A DNA stretch of 63,780 nt, counting the filler, from Folioceros fuciformis (taxonomy: Eukaryota), in assembly GCA_049999805.1 (NCBI GenBank). It is 6 parts of 6 records of this genome, joined end to end, with 100 filler letters (N's around TTAATTAATTAA, not from the genome) between each part and the next. Parts side by side here need not be neighbours in the genome. Positions count along the whole stretch, not along the records: positions 28,145 to 43,952 come from JBNGIO010005745.1; positions 44,053 to 54,837 come from JBNGIO010005749.1; 4 more parts are not named here. One strand, given 5' to 3'. Both the position numbers and the translations under genes were made by a program. Positions 34,845-47,869 of the stretch are shown one piece after another. Under the pieces are notes generated by a model. The model did not search any database. It saw only the letters and a program-made list of their open reading frames with translations, and was not told the origin of the DNA. How positions within the stretch are numbered: position 1 is the stretch's first letter; each line of letters opens with the position of its first letter.

Positions 34845-37800
34845 ATGAAGTGGGAGAGAGTCAAGGTGAAACTGAAGGCAAGGGATCAGCCAGACGGGAA
34901 GAAGTCCCCCGGTAGAAAAGGCGGAGGAGCTGGTCCAGGGAAGAAGTGGGGGCACACTTGCAATTCTGTGAAGAACGGACGCTTCATTTATGTTTTCGGT
35001 GGCTACGGAAAGAATGATTCCCAGACCAATGACATACATGTTTTCGACACGGGTACGCCTTCTTTACGTGGACCCTCTTCACTGTCTCTTTTAAAAGCAG
35101 CACATGTAGGTTTTTCCACCGCAAGACAACTGCCTTGCTGCTGTGCCAGATCCCTTTGCTCTGTCTTGCACCTCGTCAGAGCTGTATCTCCGCGACATAC
35201 CTGGGCAGAAGATCAATCGATGCGTGTCTGAGCTATTACATTGCTGTCGACAGCTAGGGAGACATGGACGAAGCCCACGGTCAAGGGAACTGCGCCGTCC
35301 CCGAGGGACAGTCACAGTTGCACAACCGTGAACTCAAATTTGTTTGTTTTCGGCGGAACAGATGGGACGAATCCTCTCAAGGATTTACATATTTTTGACA
35401 CAAGTGTGTTTCTGCTCTCACCCACGGACGCTCTTTTCTTTTCCTATGAAATGCAGACACGTCGGTGAAATTACTTTGGCCTTTCAGCAGGCCGCACTTG
35501 GGTTTCCATGGCCGCCATGCTTGGTGCTACCACTTCCTGATGCCTTTCTAACAATGTTGTACATGTCAGTAACAAACACTTGGTCAAAGCCAAAAACAAA
35601 GGGCGAGGGCCCTGCTGCGAGGGAGGGCCACAGTGCTGCACTTATAGGGCAGAAGCTGTATATATTTGGAGGGTGTGGCAGAACAGCGGATGATCCGGAG
35701 GAAACATATTTCAATGACCTGTATACCTTTGATACTGGTTTGTAGACCTACCACAGTTGTCGCCTTTCTACTTTGTGCTGGAATAAGAAGTTAGAGGACA
35801 GTGGCTCGCATGATAATCATGTTACAGCTCCGAAGTAACCATGTATGATATATCTCCAAATTAACATAAGATGTTGTGCCTTCTCTTACCAGTAACTTAT
35901 GTGTGGACGAAGGTCACGACAGGAGGAACTCCTCCTGCACCCAGAGATAGTCATACCTGTTCAGCCTGGAAAAACAAGTTTGTTGTTCTAGGGGGTGAAA
36001 ATGCCTCCAACTGTCACTTGTCGGATGTGCACATGCTTGATACAGGTGAGAGCTCATTCGGTAGGGAAGTAATGTGGAGGCATATGCAGAGCAAGCAATG
36101 TCATGGTGTTCATGTCCTGATTGCCTTTACTGAAGGACTGCTGTGGTTCAGACACTTTGCAATGGAAAGAGCTAAGAACAACTGGTCAAAAGTTAGTACC
36201 ACGAGCTGGTCACACGACCATATCCTTGGGGAAGCACCTATTTGTATTTGGGGGGTTCACCGATGACCGCAAGCTCTTTGACGACTTGCATGTCCTGAGT
36301 CTTGGTAAGTTCCTTGCTTGAACACTCTTCCTTTAGTACACGGTTTTCACCGAGGTCATGGCTCTTAGTAGGACTTTTTGGTATCATGAACATCTCCTCT
36401 AGTCCCTGTGTCGAGTAGGCAGAAGCGTGCTGTTGGTAGGTGAGACAGTGCTCCGCGGGTGATGGAACTTGAGGAGCTCCTCATATCGGTGGTTCATCCA
36501 TCCATGTTGACACGTGGGTATGCAAACTGTATGACCGCCAAAAGGGGCTCTCTTGTTGTAGATTCGGGAGTCTGGACAAAGGCCGTAACGACAGGGGTTG
36601 GGCCCTCACCACGCTTTTCACTAGCAGGGGATACAGCTGATCCTGAGAAGGGCATTTTGATTTTTCTTGGTGGCTGCAATGAGACATTGGAAGCTCTGGA
36701 TGACATGTACTACTTGGAAACAGGTACTGCCTTTGTAAACACTTGTTCAACACTTCCCAACAGCATTGGGGTTTTCAGCCAATTGTTATGCTGGTGCAAT
36801 CAACGTCTCTGTCGATTGGCAGAACTGAAGATGGAGGATGCAGAAGATGAGCCGAAACCAGAGAAGATGTCCTTGAAAAAGGAGCTGAAAAGGAGGAGGC
36901 AAGGAGATGCCGTGGCGGAGTGTGAAAAGGGTAAGGAGGTGTGTGATGTAGATGACAAAAGTGTGCTCTTTGTACCAGCGGCCACTGCTTCTGTTGGCTT
37001 ACCTGGTATGCTGCCTTCTCTCTCCCACTTTGTGCAGTATTGGGGAGGCATGGCCTAACGCTGTGAAGTTGAACCCACGTCATTATACCGAGGGAGTGAT
37101 GTGGGACAGCGTGGTTGTGGCAGGGGGAGAGGTTACTTCTCCTTGTGATGGAAGGCTTGGGCAGGAAAGGACCTTCGAAGCGAAGGTTACTGATGTGTTT
37201 CATTATGGCTACACGTTGGAAGCAACAATTGATAGCAAACCCGTGAGGGGATTGCTTTTCTGCTACAAGTCCGGGTTTTCACAGGCGGCCCACTCGCACC
37301 TTACTAGGTCCCTGTTCTCCCCCAGCTTAACGATATAGTATGTCAGTCAAATCTTAAGTTTCCGGTCTTGTTCGCACTGCTACTTATGCTTTTAAAAGCA
37401 TGTGGCCTCACATACTTGGTGCTAGTCTGCATTTGTTGTCAGGAGGAAGTTGGCAGATGTTGCGGCCGCTGAAAAGTTGAGAGAACTGAGAAAGCAAGAG
37501 AGAAAGGCTGCTCGGGCACTGAAGCTGCAGACCAAAAGGGCTGAGGAACAGAAAGCAAAGTTGGGATCCGAAGCTGCGTCTGTGGATCACTCTGCAGCTG
37601 TCAGCCCGCCTGCAGAGTATGAGCAGTATCTTGTAAGTGAACATTTCTGTTTATGCTCCTGCGTCCATCTTTTCTTCGTCCACTCGTCAGCGCATGCCCA
37701 CACCAGAGACTTGGTGACACAGAACCTGATAGGCCTCATGCGTCACTGAACAGAAGTTGCTTATGGCCACTCCCTCGTCGTTGACGGATGTCAAGGCACC

Positions 37801-37971
37801 AGAACCTGTCCAACAGCGGCAGGAGGAGGCTTGTGCTCCTCAAGGTTGGCATCTCTCTCAGTAAATGCGCTCCTCATTCTGCTTCTGCAAGTTCTCACTT
37901 TCGTGTCCTTGTTGCGCACAGAGCAAGATCAAGTAAGGATGGAAACGGACGTTTCAGCTGCGCCTGCTTAA
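34845..37971 (+). CDS. Kelch-repeat (galactose oxidase/kelch superfamily) protein, At1g18610-like, multi-exon
   Basis: MKWERV..GPGKKWGHTCN..YVFGGYG, PSPRDSHSCT..LFVFGGTDG, PAAREGHSA, PRAGHTT..VFGGFTDD and C-terminal FEAKVTDVFHYGYTLEATIDSKPVRGLLF. The last two exons are inferred. Confidence 0.9.
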
Positions 37972-39494
37972 CATATTGGACGTGGCTGACGCCCGGAACA
38001 ACCTGTATTCTGGTTTGGCTAGTGGTAATCCGCTATTTATGAGCTTGCAAAGCAGTGCTTCTCTTGATGCAATCATCCAATTTGGGAGGTCGCAATTGTT
38101 GAAACTTGGACTCATGTTTCTGTAATATATCACACTGTGGATGTAGGCGTAATCCAGTTCCCTGCTGTAGAATTATGCTAATCAGACTCTTTGGCCTACA
38201 TTGGAACGCCCATAGGGAGGTGAAGGGAATCGGGCAGAACACCGAGTTCCACATGTGTGCCTCGTGTAGCTGACCTGATGGATTATTGAACAAAGCTCCA
38301 ACTATGTCCGTGTGTAAACCTTATCTTGGGACACCTATGCGCCGTTAATCCCGGGACTTTGGCCCGGACAAAAACTTAAAACATCTCATTGTGTTTTCCT
38401 TGCTCTTGTCCGGTGTAGAAGCTGAATGGAGTCCGCGCGACTCTTTGCGCTTATCGGTATCCGAGACGTGGTCCTCAGTGATCGAGTCTGTAACTGGCGA
38501 CGATGATATCTGATAAATATTGCGCCTTCCATTGAACAACAAGGATGTCATATAGGTATATGGTAAACAAAAAGAAACCGATTAGACTTTGCATTAAAAC
38601 AGGCGTGTGCAAGTGTGCGTGTCTGCAATAGTAGCGGGGCGCAGGGTCCAGAGAGCATGCTGCCTGCCGGATTCCAGCAGAATCTCAGATTGTCGATTCC
38701 GAAACCGAGGTTGTTACGAACGACAAGTTGGGTATGCAATACTACAAGGTAGTCTAGAGCGGATCGCATCGGGAATGACGCTCTTGTGGGTCCTGGTCCC
38801 TCTGTCTGAGAGCTGACATTATGAAAGCACAAGAAACCTTGTACCATTTAATGGCCTCAAGTTCCATGTGCAATAAGAGACTCGAGAGGCTGTGGCCCTG
38901 TGGCCCGTGGGGCTGCCTGGGCCGGGAGGAGCTCGAGCAGGCAGTAAGAAGCAATGGGGGAGCGTTCCGGCACTACAGGACGTCCCTCCGGTGCCGTAAA
39001 TTTGTACTCGCAATTTGCGCGTACCTTGGTTGTCTCACTCCAGACTATGCTTCCCAACGTTTCCACCGTGTGGACAAGAGCTGATGAAGAGGGAGGAAGG
39101 TGTTTGTACGGACGACAGTGCTCGTTGGAGATTGGGCCAGGAGTCGCGGATTACCTGGCTCCGCACACGGGCTTTTGGAAGGCACCTTGGACAAATTACA
39201 ATACGGGTGTCATATGGAAGTCCAGGACGGAGTAGAAAATGTGAATGGGGTTACTGCAGTGACGGTTGGGCTCAGACAGGGAGTCAGCTGAATGACCGGC
39301 AGCCTGTCGAGGCTACGTGATGGAAGCGAGATCCCACTCCCACAGCTTCAACGTTTACGCTGCTGCACAGCTCCCAGGCATCGACGGTGCGATCATGTGT
39401 GTGGTAGCATGAGCCGGAGGGGGAGGGGGTGGGAGCGTCCAGGGCCAATTCCCGTGTTGGACCGCCAGCCAGCTTCAGGGCGGCCTTTGCCACC

Positions 39495-41249
39495 ATGCGA
39501 GGAGCCAAGACCCACCATGTCTGCGTCTGCGGGGAGATGAAGGTGATGTGCGGAGCTGTCGCCACCGGCGTACTCGTCATTCTAGGGATTGAGGTGCTGC
39601 ATCTGGGTGTCATCCTATACGGAGGAGACCGCTACCTCGGCGGACCCATCGTGTTCCGCTTCTCCGCGGACACCCAGCTCGTCAAAGGAACAACTCTCCG
39701 AGGGAGGGCGGCGACGGACTACAAGCAGCGGGTGCAGTGCTTCAGGTACGCACGCGGAAGCAGTCGTAGCTGCTGGCAGGGACACTGAGTGCACGTACTT
39801 GTTGCGGAGTCGTGCCATGTATCGATTCAGAAGATGATGCGAGAGTGGGTAACGTTGTGGATGCAGCGAATCGGGACGCTGGGTATTCAACGACACACCC
39901 CGCTGGATTCCGCCCAACATTGTGGGAGGCTCGTATGAACAATGTGACAAGAGATGGCTCAATGCCACCCCTGGAGGTGTTACGGGTGAGGACGCCAACC
40001 GCGCTGCTGCCAACGGGAGCCATTGGAATGTAATAGTCTGCCTGCATATCGCAGCGTACCAAACGTACTTGATTGCTTAGCGAGACAGGGGGAGGGAGCT
40101 TCGGAGGCGCTGGATGCATGATACTGTCAGGATTTGCTTCCTGCCTACCTAGCCAGCTATCGCTGACCCAGGTTGAATTTGTGCGTGTGTCATGGCGGCA
40201 AGTGCAGGTTAGGATGGATCTTAGATGGGTGTGGCAGACAAATGAGACCTGCCCCTTGTTTCCCTTCGATCGAGAGGACTTTTGCAGGTACATCTCCACG
40301 CCTCGTGATGTGTTCCGCATCCATATCGTCGTTTGGGTCTTCTCCTCTTACCCGAGCATTTGAGGCGGTGCTGAACCATCTCTGCTTCTGTATTGGTCTC
40401 AGGCTCGTGGGAGCGAACAGGAATCTATTGATTGTGGGGGACTCTCTGAATCAGGAGGTTTTTTACGTAATGCTTAACTACTTGTTGAAGAACACAACAG
40501 GGATCAAGCTGCCCCTCAGCAATTTTAGGTCCTTCAGCCTCCGCTTCAAGGTCTGCCAGGACATTGTCGGGGTAGACGGCTTCGATATTGGCTTTGTGCG
40601 CAATGATAGGCTCTCTCTCACGCAAAAGTGGGAGAAGTGCATGCGGAACTCTTCTGGATTTCAGGAGTTTCCTTGGATTTCCTTCATGGATGAATGGAAA
40701 GTCTCCATTCTTGTTCTGAACAGAGGGGCCCATTACGAAAACAACGGCAACTACACAGAGCACCTCATCAACACGCTTTACATCATCCAAGCAAGATACC
40801 CGTCTACAATTGTTTTCTACCGGAGCACCCCCCATGGTGAGTGACGCTCTGCGAAACTACGTCTACATTCCGCTGTGAAGTACAGGTGTTTGTGCTGCTA
40901 AATTCCAAACCTCTGGCTTTTACGTTTGATCAATGTGATAGCTTGTGTTGCAGGGCACCCGAATTGCTCCAATTACGATGCGCCCCTAAGTGAGTCCCTG
41001 CCTCCGGAGACCATGACTCACAATTGGGAAAAGTTTGCACTGCAGAATGAGCTGGCGAGGACCATTGTGGAAAGTTTTGGGCACACGTTCATCGACTTCG
41101 CCGCCATTGTGAACAAGCGTCCTGACGCTCACGTTGGTGGAGTTGACTGCTTACACTACTGTCTGCCAGGACCTTTGGATATCTTCGCACCGCTCTTTTA
41201 CAACTCTCTTCTCCCAGTCCTCAGGGTGAACCGTCAGTCTTGGTACTAG
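39495..41249 (+). pseudogene. TBL/PC-esterase (GDSL/SGNH-like O-acetyltransferase) gene: catalytic exons open, 5' part disrupted
   Basis: GCCACCATG at 39495 followed by a type II TM anchor; WVWQTNETCPLFPFDREDFC|R, LLIVGDSL, VLNRGAHY, YRSTPHGHPNC, RPDAH and DCLHYCLPGP. No open frame joins exon 1 to the WxWQ exon. Confidence 0.75.
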
Positions 41250-41699
41250 TCGGACCACCGTGCTTAATCGAGGTAATCGAGGAAGCACGTATTCTTTCTT
41301 AAACGCAGGCATCGATTTGTAATCGTCATTACCAACATTGTAATTTGGCCAATTGCATCATGGAACAACGCGCCCTGGATTGCAGCCTGGTTTTGTGTTA
41401 GAGACCACGTCGACAAATGGATATAGAATTCTGTTTCTGGACTAAAGAAACAACGAAGGCAGATCCTGCTGCTATGTACTCTAGAGTACCACTTTACACA
41501 GGTGACATTCTGTCCATCGTGTTTCGCGGAGATGCTGACCCTGGACCAGGTCTAGGCCCGTGGGTTTTACGGATAAGATTAAGATTGTACGTTATCTAAA
41601 AAGAATACAGTACTCTTGATCAGAGCCCAGCCTCCCACGGGTTATACCGTTATTATAATCGAGGTTATAAAGATCCCCAATTGGACAAACTTTTAGTGG

Positions 41700-43952
41700 C
41701 ATACAAGGTCTGAAAAGGGCCAATAGGGCTTTAGGGTTTTATCATAGTTTGTAAATGCCCGGCATGTCAGGATGTCCGAAGATTCTTGTGACAGGTTGGG
41801 GTTACCAGGTTGTATAGCGCCTATGAGCTTGTCTTTCCCAATAATATGGTTGTATGCTATTCATTATCATTTTCCTCCTCATTACCATGTTGAAACAGTG
41901 CAATACCTAGTGCAATGGACAAGAAAGGTATGAGAGAAATTGAATGCTCTTCATCCTCATCTTCATTGGTGCACACCAAGTGGAGATGATATCACAATGA
42001 GAAAGGTGTAGATGAAGTGGTTGTCGGTAGTGAAGATGATGGTGCTAGACTTGAATTGGATGAGGAATGAGAGGTTGTTCACTTTACAAGTAGGATTTTG
42101 TGTTTTGGCATGCCAAAAAGGACACTCTCCCTCTCCATTTTTTATAATCAATTTTCCAAGATGATCTTCCCCCATTTTTTTTTGTATTCTTTGATTCTGT
42201 ATGTCTCCTTTCACATGCCAACTAGAAGAGGACATAGCACCAAATTAAAGAACAACAAATCTACAACACATGGCGCTCAAAACTTTCTAAGTATGGCCTT
42301 AAACTTTTGTGTGATGCACACAACCAAATTCTCTTGCACTTTCAAAAGCAAACAATATTTCCATTCCTACCACTTATATTTTACAATGGTTGCAACTTGT
42401 AGTGCTTTGACCAACCCATCATGTCCTTTTGCATTTCATGTTTACATGCAAGTTTGGGAATACCGTCCATTGGCTTGCTATGGCCTCGTAGTCTCTCCAT
42501 TCTAGATTAGGTGGATTAGGTTGAGCCATTGCAAGCTTTGTTTCTGGGATCGGGTTCAGCTCTTGAGGACTTTCTTTAATTCACAATTATACCCATGTCA
42601 AAAGCCTCACTGCCTACTAGGTATCTTATGCTCCAACCTTGATTAGAAGTGCATCAATCTTAGAAAGGAACTCAAGGATCATTAAGCAAAAAAATGTAGA
42701 ATCGAAATATAACATCTCAACCAACAACAACAAAATTCCAAGCATGGTAGTAGTCACATAACACGTGGGGGGCCAAGGATCAAAAAATGAGGTGGCCTAC
42801 TTACTCCTAAGCTTGTGTCTATCACCGCTACAACCACCAATTTGCCTATCTAGGTGTGGACTAGCTTTACTAGGTTACCAAGTGGGGTTGTCAATCCCAT
42901 GGTCTGAAACTACATGACTTGCCAATTGTCGTAGAGTACTCTCGAGTTCGTCCCCATGAGTACAATGTGCTTTGAGCTAGGATCACGTACAATTTATGTT
43001 TTCGGATCCCTCATATACCCCCACAGAATGGATTGTTGTGAACTCACCTCTAAACATGCTCACACTTAGCTAGCAGAATACACCTAATCAGCTTGAAAGG
43101 TAGAGAAGTAAGATTTGAAGAGGAAAGAAAGCTATCGTCTCTTGAATCAATGGAGGCGAGTCGTATAAAGGACACCTCCCTAAATCTAGAGGTGTTCTTT
43201 TATAAGGCGATATAAATGTGGGCATGGTTAGTTGAGACTGTCCCCATTAACGGCCGAACACGGTTGTTCTTGGCCTAATCGGGCCTGTTCTTGGCCTAAT
43301 CGGGCCTGTTCTTGGCCTAATCGGGCTTGTTCTTGGCCTAATCGGGCTGTGTACATAAGACATCCGGAAGATTGAACAAGCAGCCAATTTCCTCCAATCG
43401 AGTCCTGGCTCAAGCCTCACAAAGCTGATCTGTGACACCCCAGTGTAGATGTTTCCTTCATTCATTCACCACAAACTGCTTGCCTTAACAAATTGTTCAT
43501 GCGCCATCAATATCTTCAATAGTAATAAGAGAGTAAGAGAATGAAGGAGGTGAGGGAGGGGATAGAGTAGGAGAGAGAGAGGCAACGATGCGACAGCTGA
43601 GATGCTGGAGTGAGAGCGAAGGGAGTAGCAGCAGGGCGTAACCTGCAAAGACCAGAAGACGCAAAGAGTGAGGAGCATAGCACACAAAGATAATGGCGAG
43701 AATGAGAAGGAGAAGGAGAAGGGGGTGTAGGAGCCACTCCTCAATATAAACAAATAGTGCCTGCTGCACTCCCACCAGCTAGTCCATACTAGAGTTACTA
43801 TAGAGTTTACTCTACTTTGGTGGCCTATGCGATAATCGTTTGGTGGCAGTTATGTTGTCATGGTGAGTACCCGTAGAGTCAAGCCTACTATAGTTAGGTC
43901 ACTGTATGTGAGTAGTTAACCCTGGACGGCTTACGTTAGTCACGTTTGGGGT
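41700..43952 (-). mobile_element. Degenerate retroelement-derived region (LTR-like segments, possible gag relic)
   Basis: No intact ORF; TATA-like ttttataagg at about 43198 with LTR-like composition; possible CxxH..GH relic at about 42290-42330. Confidence 0.4.
43265..43347. repeat. 21-nt tandem repeat x4 (TGTTCTTGGCCTAATCGGGCC)
   Basis: Four adjacent near-perfect units with no spacers. Confidence 0.9.
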
Positions 43953-44052
43953 NNNNNNNNNNNNNNNNNNNNNNNNNNNNNNNNNNNNNNNNNNNNTTAA
44001 TTAATTAANNNNNNNNNNNNNNNNNNNNNNNNNNNNNNNNNNNNNNNNNNNN
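43953..44052. other. Artificial contig linker
   Basis: N44-TTAATTAATTAA-N44. Confidence 0.98.
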
Positions 44053-44900
44053 ACATCTCATACGCAGTTAGTGCTGTATCTCAGTTCATGGAGAAGCCTA
44101 GACGTGTGCATTGGGTAGCTATGAAGCGGATTTACTGCTATCTCAAGGGTACCATGACAATTGGACTATTCTATCAAGTTGGGTCACCTTCAGGTCTTCA
44201 ATTATCTGCATACACGAATGCTAATTGGGCTTCAGACTCTGACTCTAGGAAGAGTCTTTCCACATACTGCTTTCTATTAGCTAGTGCTGCAGTGAACTAG
44301 TCCTGCAAGAAACATCAGTCAATTGCGTTGTCTTCCACTGAAGCAGAATACATCTCTCTTACTGATTCTGCAAAGGAGGCTGAGTGGGAGCGTGCTTATC
44401 TTAAGGATCTTCATGTTGAGCAGCTGGAACCCACAATCCTCCGTTATGACAACATTTCCACAATTGCCTTGGTCGCCAATCCAAGATTTCATGCAAGGAC
44501 GAAACACTTCGAGATCAAGCACCACTATATCAGAGACACAGTTGCAAGAGGAGTTATCCAATTGGCATATGTTCCCATTGCTGAGAACACAGCCGATATC
44601 TTGGCAAAAGCGCTGCCTAAGCTGAAGCACAGATTGCACATGGAATCGCTTGGACTTAAAGACTTCAGCCACCTACTTGGAAGGTAACAACTGACCTAGA
44701 GTGTGTGGGAGGGGTGAGGGCCTATGTCCTCTGATCTCAAAAACCCCCTTATAATTTAGGTTTTACAGATTGCAGCCTCTGCTGACAGACTTTCCTACAT
44801 TTCCTATCTACTTGTGTCCTGCGACACACACAAACACAATCTACAGGTCAGTCATTACCCTCCTGCTTTCGGCACACAGGAAAAGGAGCATGGATGAAGC
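44053..44900 (+). mobile_element. Ty1/copia 3' end: RT C-terminus, RNase H, PPT, start of the 3' LTR
   Basis: ISYAVSAVSQFM, AYTNANWASD, ALSSTEAEY, DNISTIAL..NPRFHARTKHFEIKHHYIRD and ADILAKAL. GGGAGGGG|TG at about 44707-44716. LTR end not located. Confidence 0.9.
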
Positions 44901-45772
44901 CAATAGTCCTTACCTAACCTTGCGTCCTTTTCCCTTTGTCTCTCTGTGAAAGCCTGAACATCTCCTGAGACAGCTTTACAACTTCAGCAGGAACCTTTTC
45001 CTCTTCCCCATCTTCGGCGGGCAGCGGAGTGTTGACCGCTTCATGCCATCGCACTCTCACGCCCCTGAGAGGGTCCACTGCAGGAATGTCTCCTAGGTCA
45101 ACCACCTCTTCCTTCACAGTTGGCAAGTTGTGCCTGTTAGTCTCTGAGGTCTTCCTTACGGTAACACTTGCTGCCAGCTCCACTTCCCAGCCGTAGCTCC
45201 TCAAATAGTGCTGAAGGTTGAAAGGTTTCCATTCCATGGGCTTGCTCCGCTCTGCCCTAAGCACAGACTTCTTCCTTATGCCTCCTTCTCTGGCGCTCGG
45301 CTCCTCACCTTCTACAGGCTAGTAGCGCGCTCTCCGCTTTTCGTCGTCATCGACTCTTGCCACTGGATGATGATACAGAACACAGCTATTACGAGCGTGA
45401 CGACGGCAAGAGTTGAGACATGGTGTTGGCACTGCTCTCTGCGAGTGGAAGACCCCATTGTTTGAGCTTCCCGTTCCGTTTTCAAAAGCATAATGCTCAC
45501 TGTTTCACGCGATGCACGTTTTATTCAGTTCTTAAATACTGCCTAGGTTATGTGGGAGTATGAAAAATATACATTAAGTATATTGATGTTAACCTAGGCG
45601 TATTAGGTTTAAACTATATAAACAACTCTATGTTCATTGATGTTTATCCAATTCATTATTTTGTTATTCCTTATTACTTGCTGGCTATTGCACACACGAT
45701 GTCAAGCTGCCTTAACACGTTTCTAGCATTCCTTATTTTTCTTAAGATGATTCAAGTGACTCTAAGCAGAGC

Positions 45773-47866
45773 TTGGAAAATGGTGTACCGAAAATCGAAA
45801 CACCCGGTGCAAAAGAGGTTCAATCAGCCCCTGGAAGTGGTTCAATCCCACGGAGATCTGGAAGGCAGAAGGTTCCAATACAGTGGTTGACCTATGATAG
45901 CTATGTAGCTAGTCACCATGCCTATATGGCAAAGGTTGTGCAAGATGTGGAACCGAGGAGCTTTGAAGAAGCTATTGGAGACACAAAGTGGGAACATGCC
46001 ATGGATGAAGAAATGAATGCATTAGATCAGAATGCAACATGGGACCTAGTACAACTACCTGAAGGCAAGAAACCAATAAGTTGCAAATGGGTGTACAAGG
46101 TCAAACACAACGCAGATGGTAGTGTCAGCAGGTACAAGGCAAGGCTTGTGGCCGAGGAATATGCCCAGACATATGGAATAGATTTTGAGGAGATGTTCAG
46201 TCCAGTTGCCAAAATGGCAACAATTTGAACCGTGATCGCACTGGCGGCATTGAAAGGTTGGGTCCTACATCATATGGATGTGAAGACTGCGTTCTTACAT
46301 GGAGAATTGCTAGAAGAAGTATACATGGACCAGCCACCAGGTTATGAGGATTTGGATCATCCAAATCATGTGTGCAAGCTGAAAAAAACGTTGTACGGAC
46401 TGAAGCAAGCCCCGAGGGCTTGGCATGAGCGTCTTGCTCAGCATCTGATTCACATCAGATTCAACATGGCAGATGCGGATCATTCGTTGTATGTGTGTAG
46501 AAGTACAAAAGGACTGGTCTTTATGATCATTTATGTGGATGATCTAATCATTGGAGGTAATCAGTTGGATCAAGTGGAGCAGATCAAGGAACTTCTGCAA
46601 CAAGAGTTCAACATGACAGACCTAGGTGAACTGAAATTCTTCTTGGGCATTGAAATTATACGAACCAACACAGGCATTTGGCTGTCACAGCGGAAGTATG
46701 CGTCGGATGTACTAACTAAGTATGGTATGGTTGAGTGCAAGCCAATCTCGATTCCTTTGGATCAAAATCTAAAGCTTAGTGCTCATGATGGTGAAGCACT
46801 TGAAGATCCAACAATGTACAGGAAGATTATGGGTAGCTTGATATATCTCACTCTATCCAGACCAGATTTAAACTATACAGTGGGACTGCAGAGTTAGTTT
46901 ATGCAGGTGCCAAGAAAGCCACATTTGGATGCAGTAAGGCGAACATTGTGCTATGTGAAGGCAACTATGGATCATGCTCTCTTTTATGCTACAGATTCAG
47001 AAATAAACTTGTGTGGGTACACAGATGCAGATTGGGCAGGCAGTAGTACGGATCGTAGATCTACAAGTGGATTCATATTTTCACTTGGGAGTGCAGAAAT
47101 AACATGGAGTAGCAAGAAGCAGCCTACAGTGGCTTTGTCTAGTACAGAAGTTGAATATAGAGCGGCAGCAATGGCAACGTGTGAAGTGACTTGGATTTGT
47201 AAGTTACTTGGAGATTTTGGATTGCAGGTCAACGACAAGGTTGTTATCTACTGTGACAATCTTAGCAGCAGACAGTTGGCGCGAAACCTAGCGTTTCATG
47301 CCAGGACGAAACACATTGAGGTCCATTATCATTTTCTTCGAGAAAGGATTTTATCTGGAGCTATTGATCTTGTGTATGTCAACACACATGAGCAGATAGC
47401 CGATATATTTACAAGCCAATGGGAGTAGAGAAGCTGAAGACGTTCTGAGCTATGTTAGGCATACAGATGCTATGTTGAGCTCGAGGGGGAGTGTTGAGTT
47501 ATCGATCTCTATATAAGCTAAACTCATGTGGTGTTAGTTATCCCGGTTGGGTTCATACTAAACTAGTTTCAGTTATTAATGAACTTAGGATAGTGTAGAT
47601 TATCCCATATTGAACTTGGAAGTTGTGTAGCCCTAAATGTACTACTTAAATGGAGACCTTGGACCTCCATAATAAGACAATGGTGATGTGTATTGTTTTT
47701 GGTTGTGACCAATACCACCCTTTCTTCTCTCCTCTCCTCTCCTACACTTGCACATAGACTGGAGTCAATCCTATTGACATCACCTACATACGAAGACATA
47801 TTGTGTATAAAGACATTTTCATTGAATATAATTAATTCTCATTTGTATTGTCTGCTCTCTCTAACA
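45773..47866 (+). mobile_element. Ty1/copia RT-RNase H, PPT and 3' LTR (few disabling stops)
   Basis: [52 protein letters not shown] and HARTKHIEVHYHF. PPT GAGGGGGAG then TGTTG at 47493; ...CTAACA at 47866. Confidence 0.93.
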
Positions 47867-47869
47867 AGC

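Noticed and set aside
38600..39420. Coding-like GC-rich sequence upstream of the TBL gene
   Set aside because: Short broken frames with no recognisable motif; it may be a decayed gene but cannot be supported.
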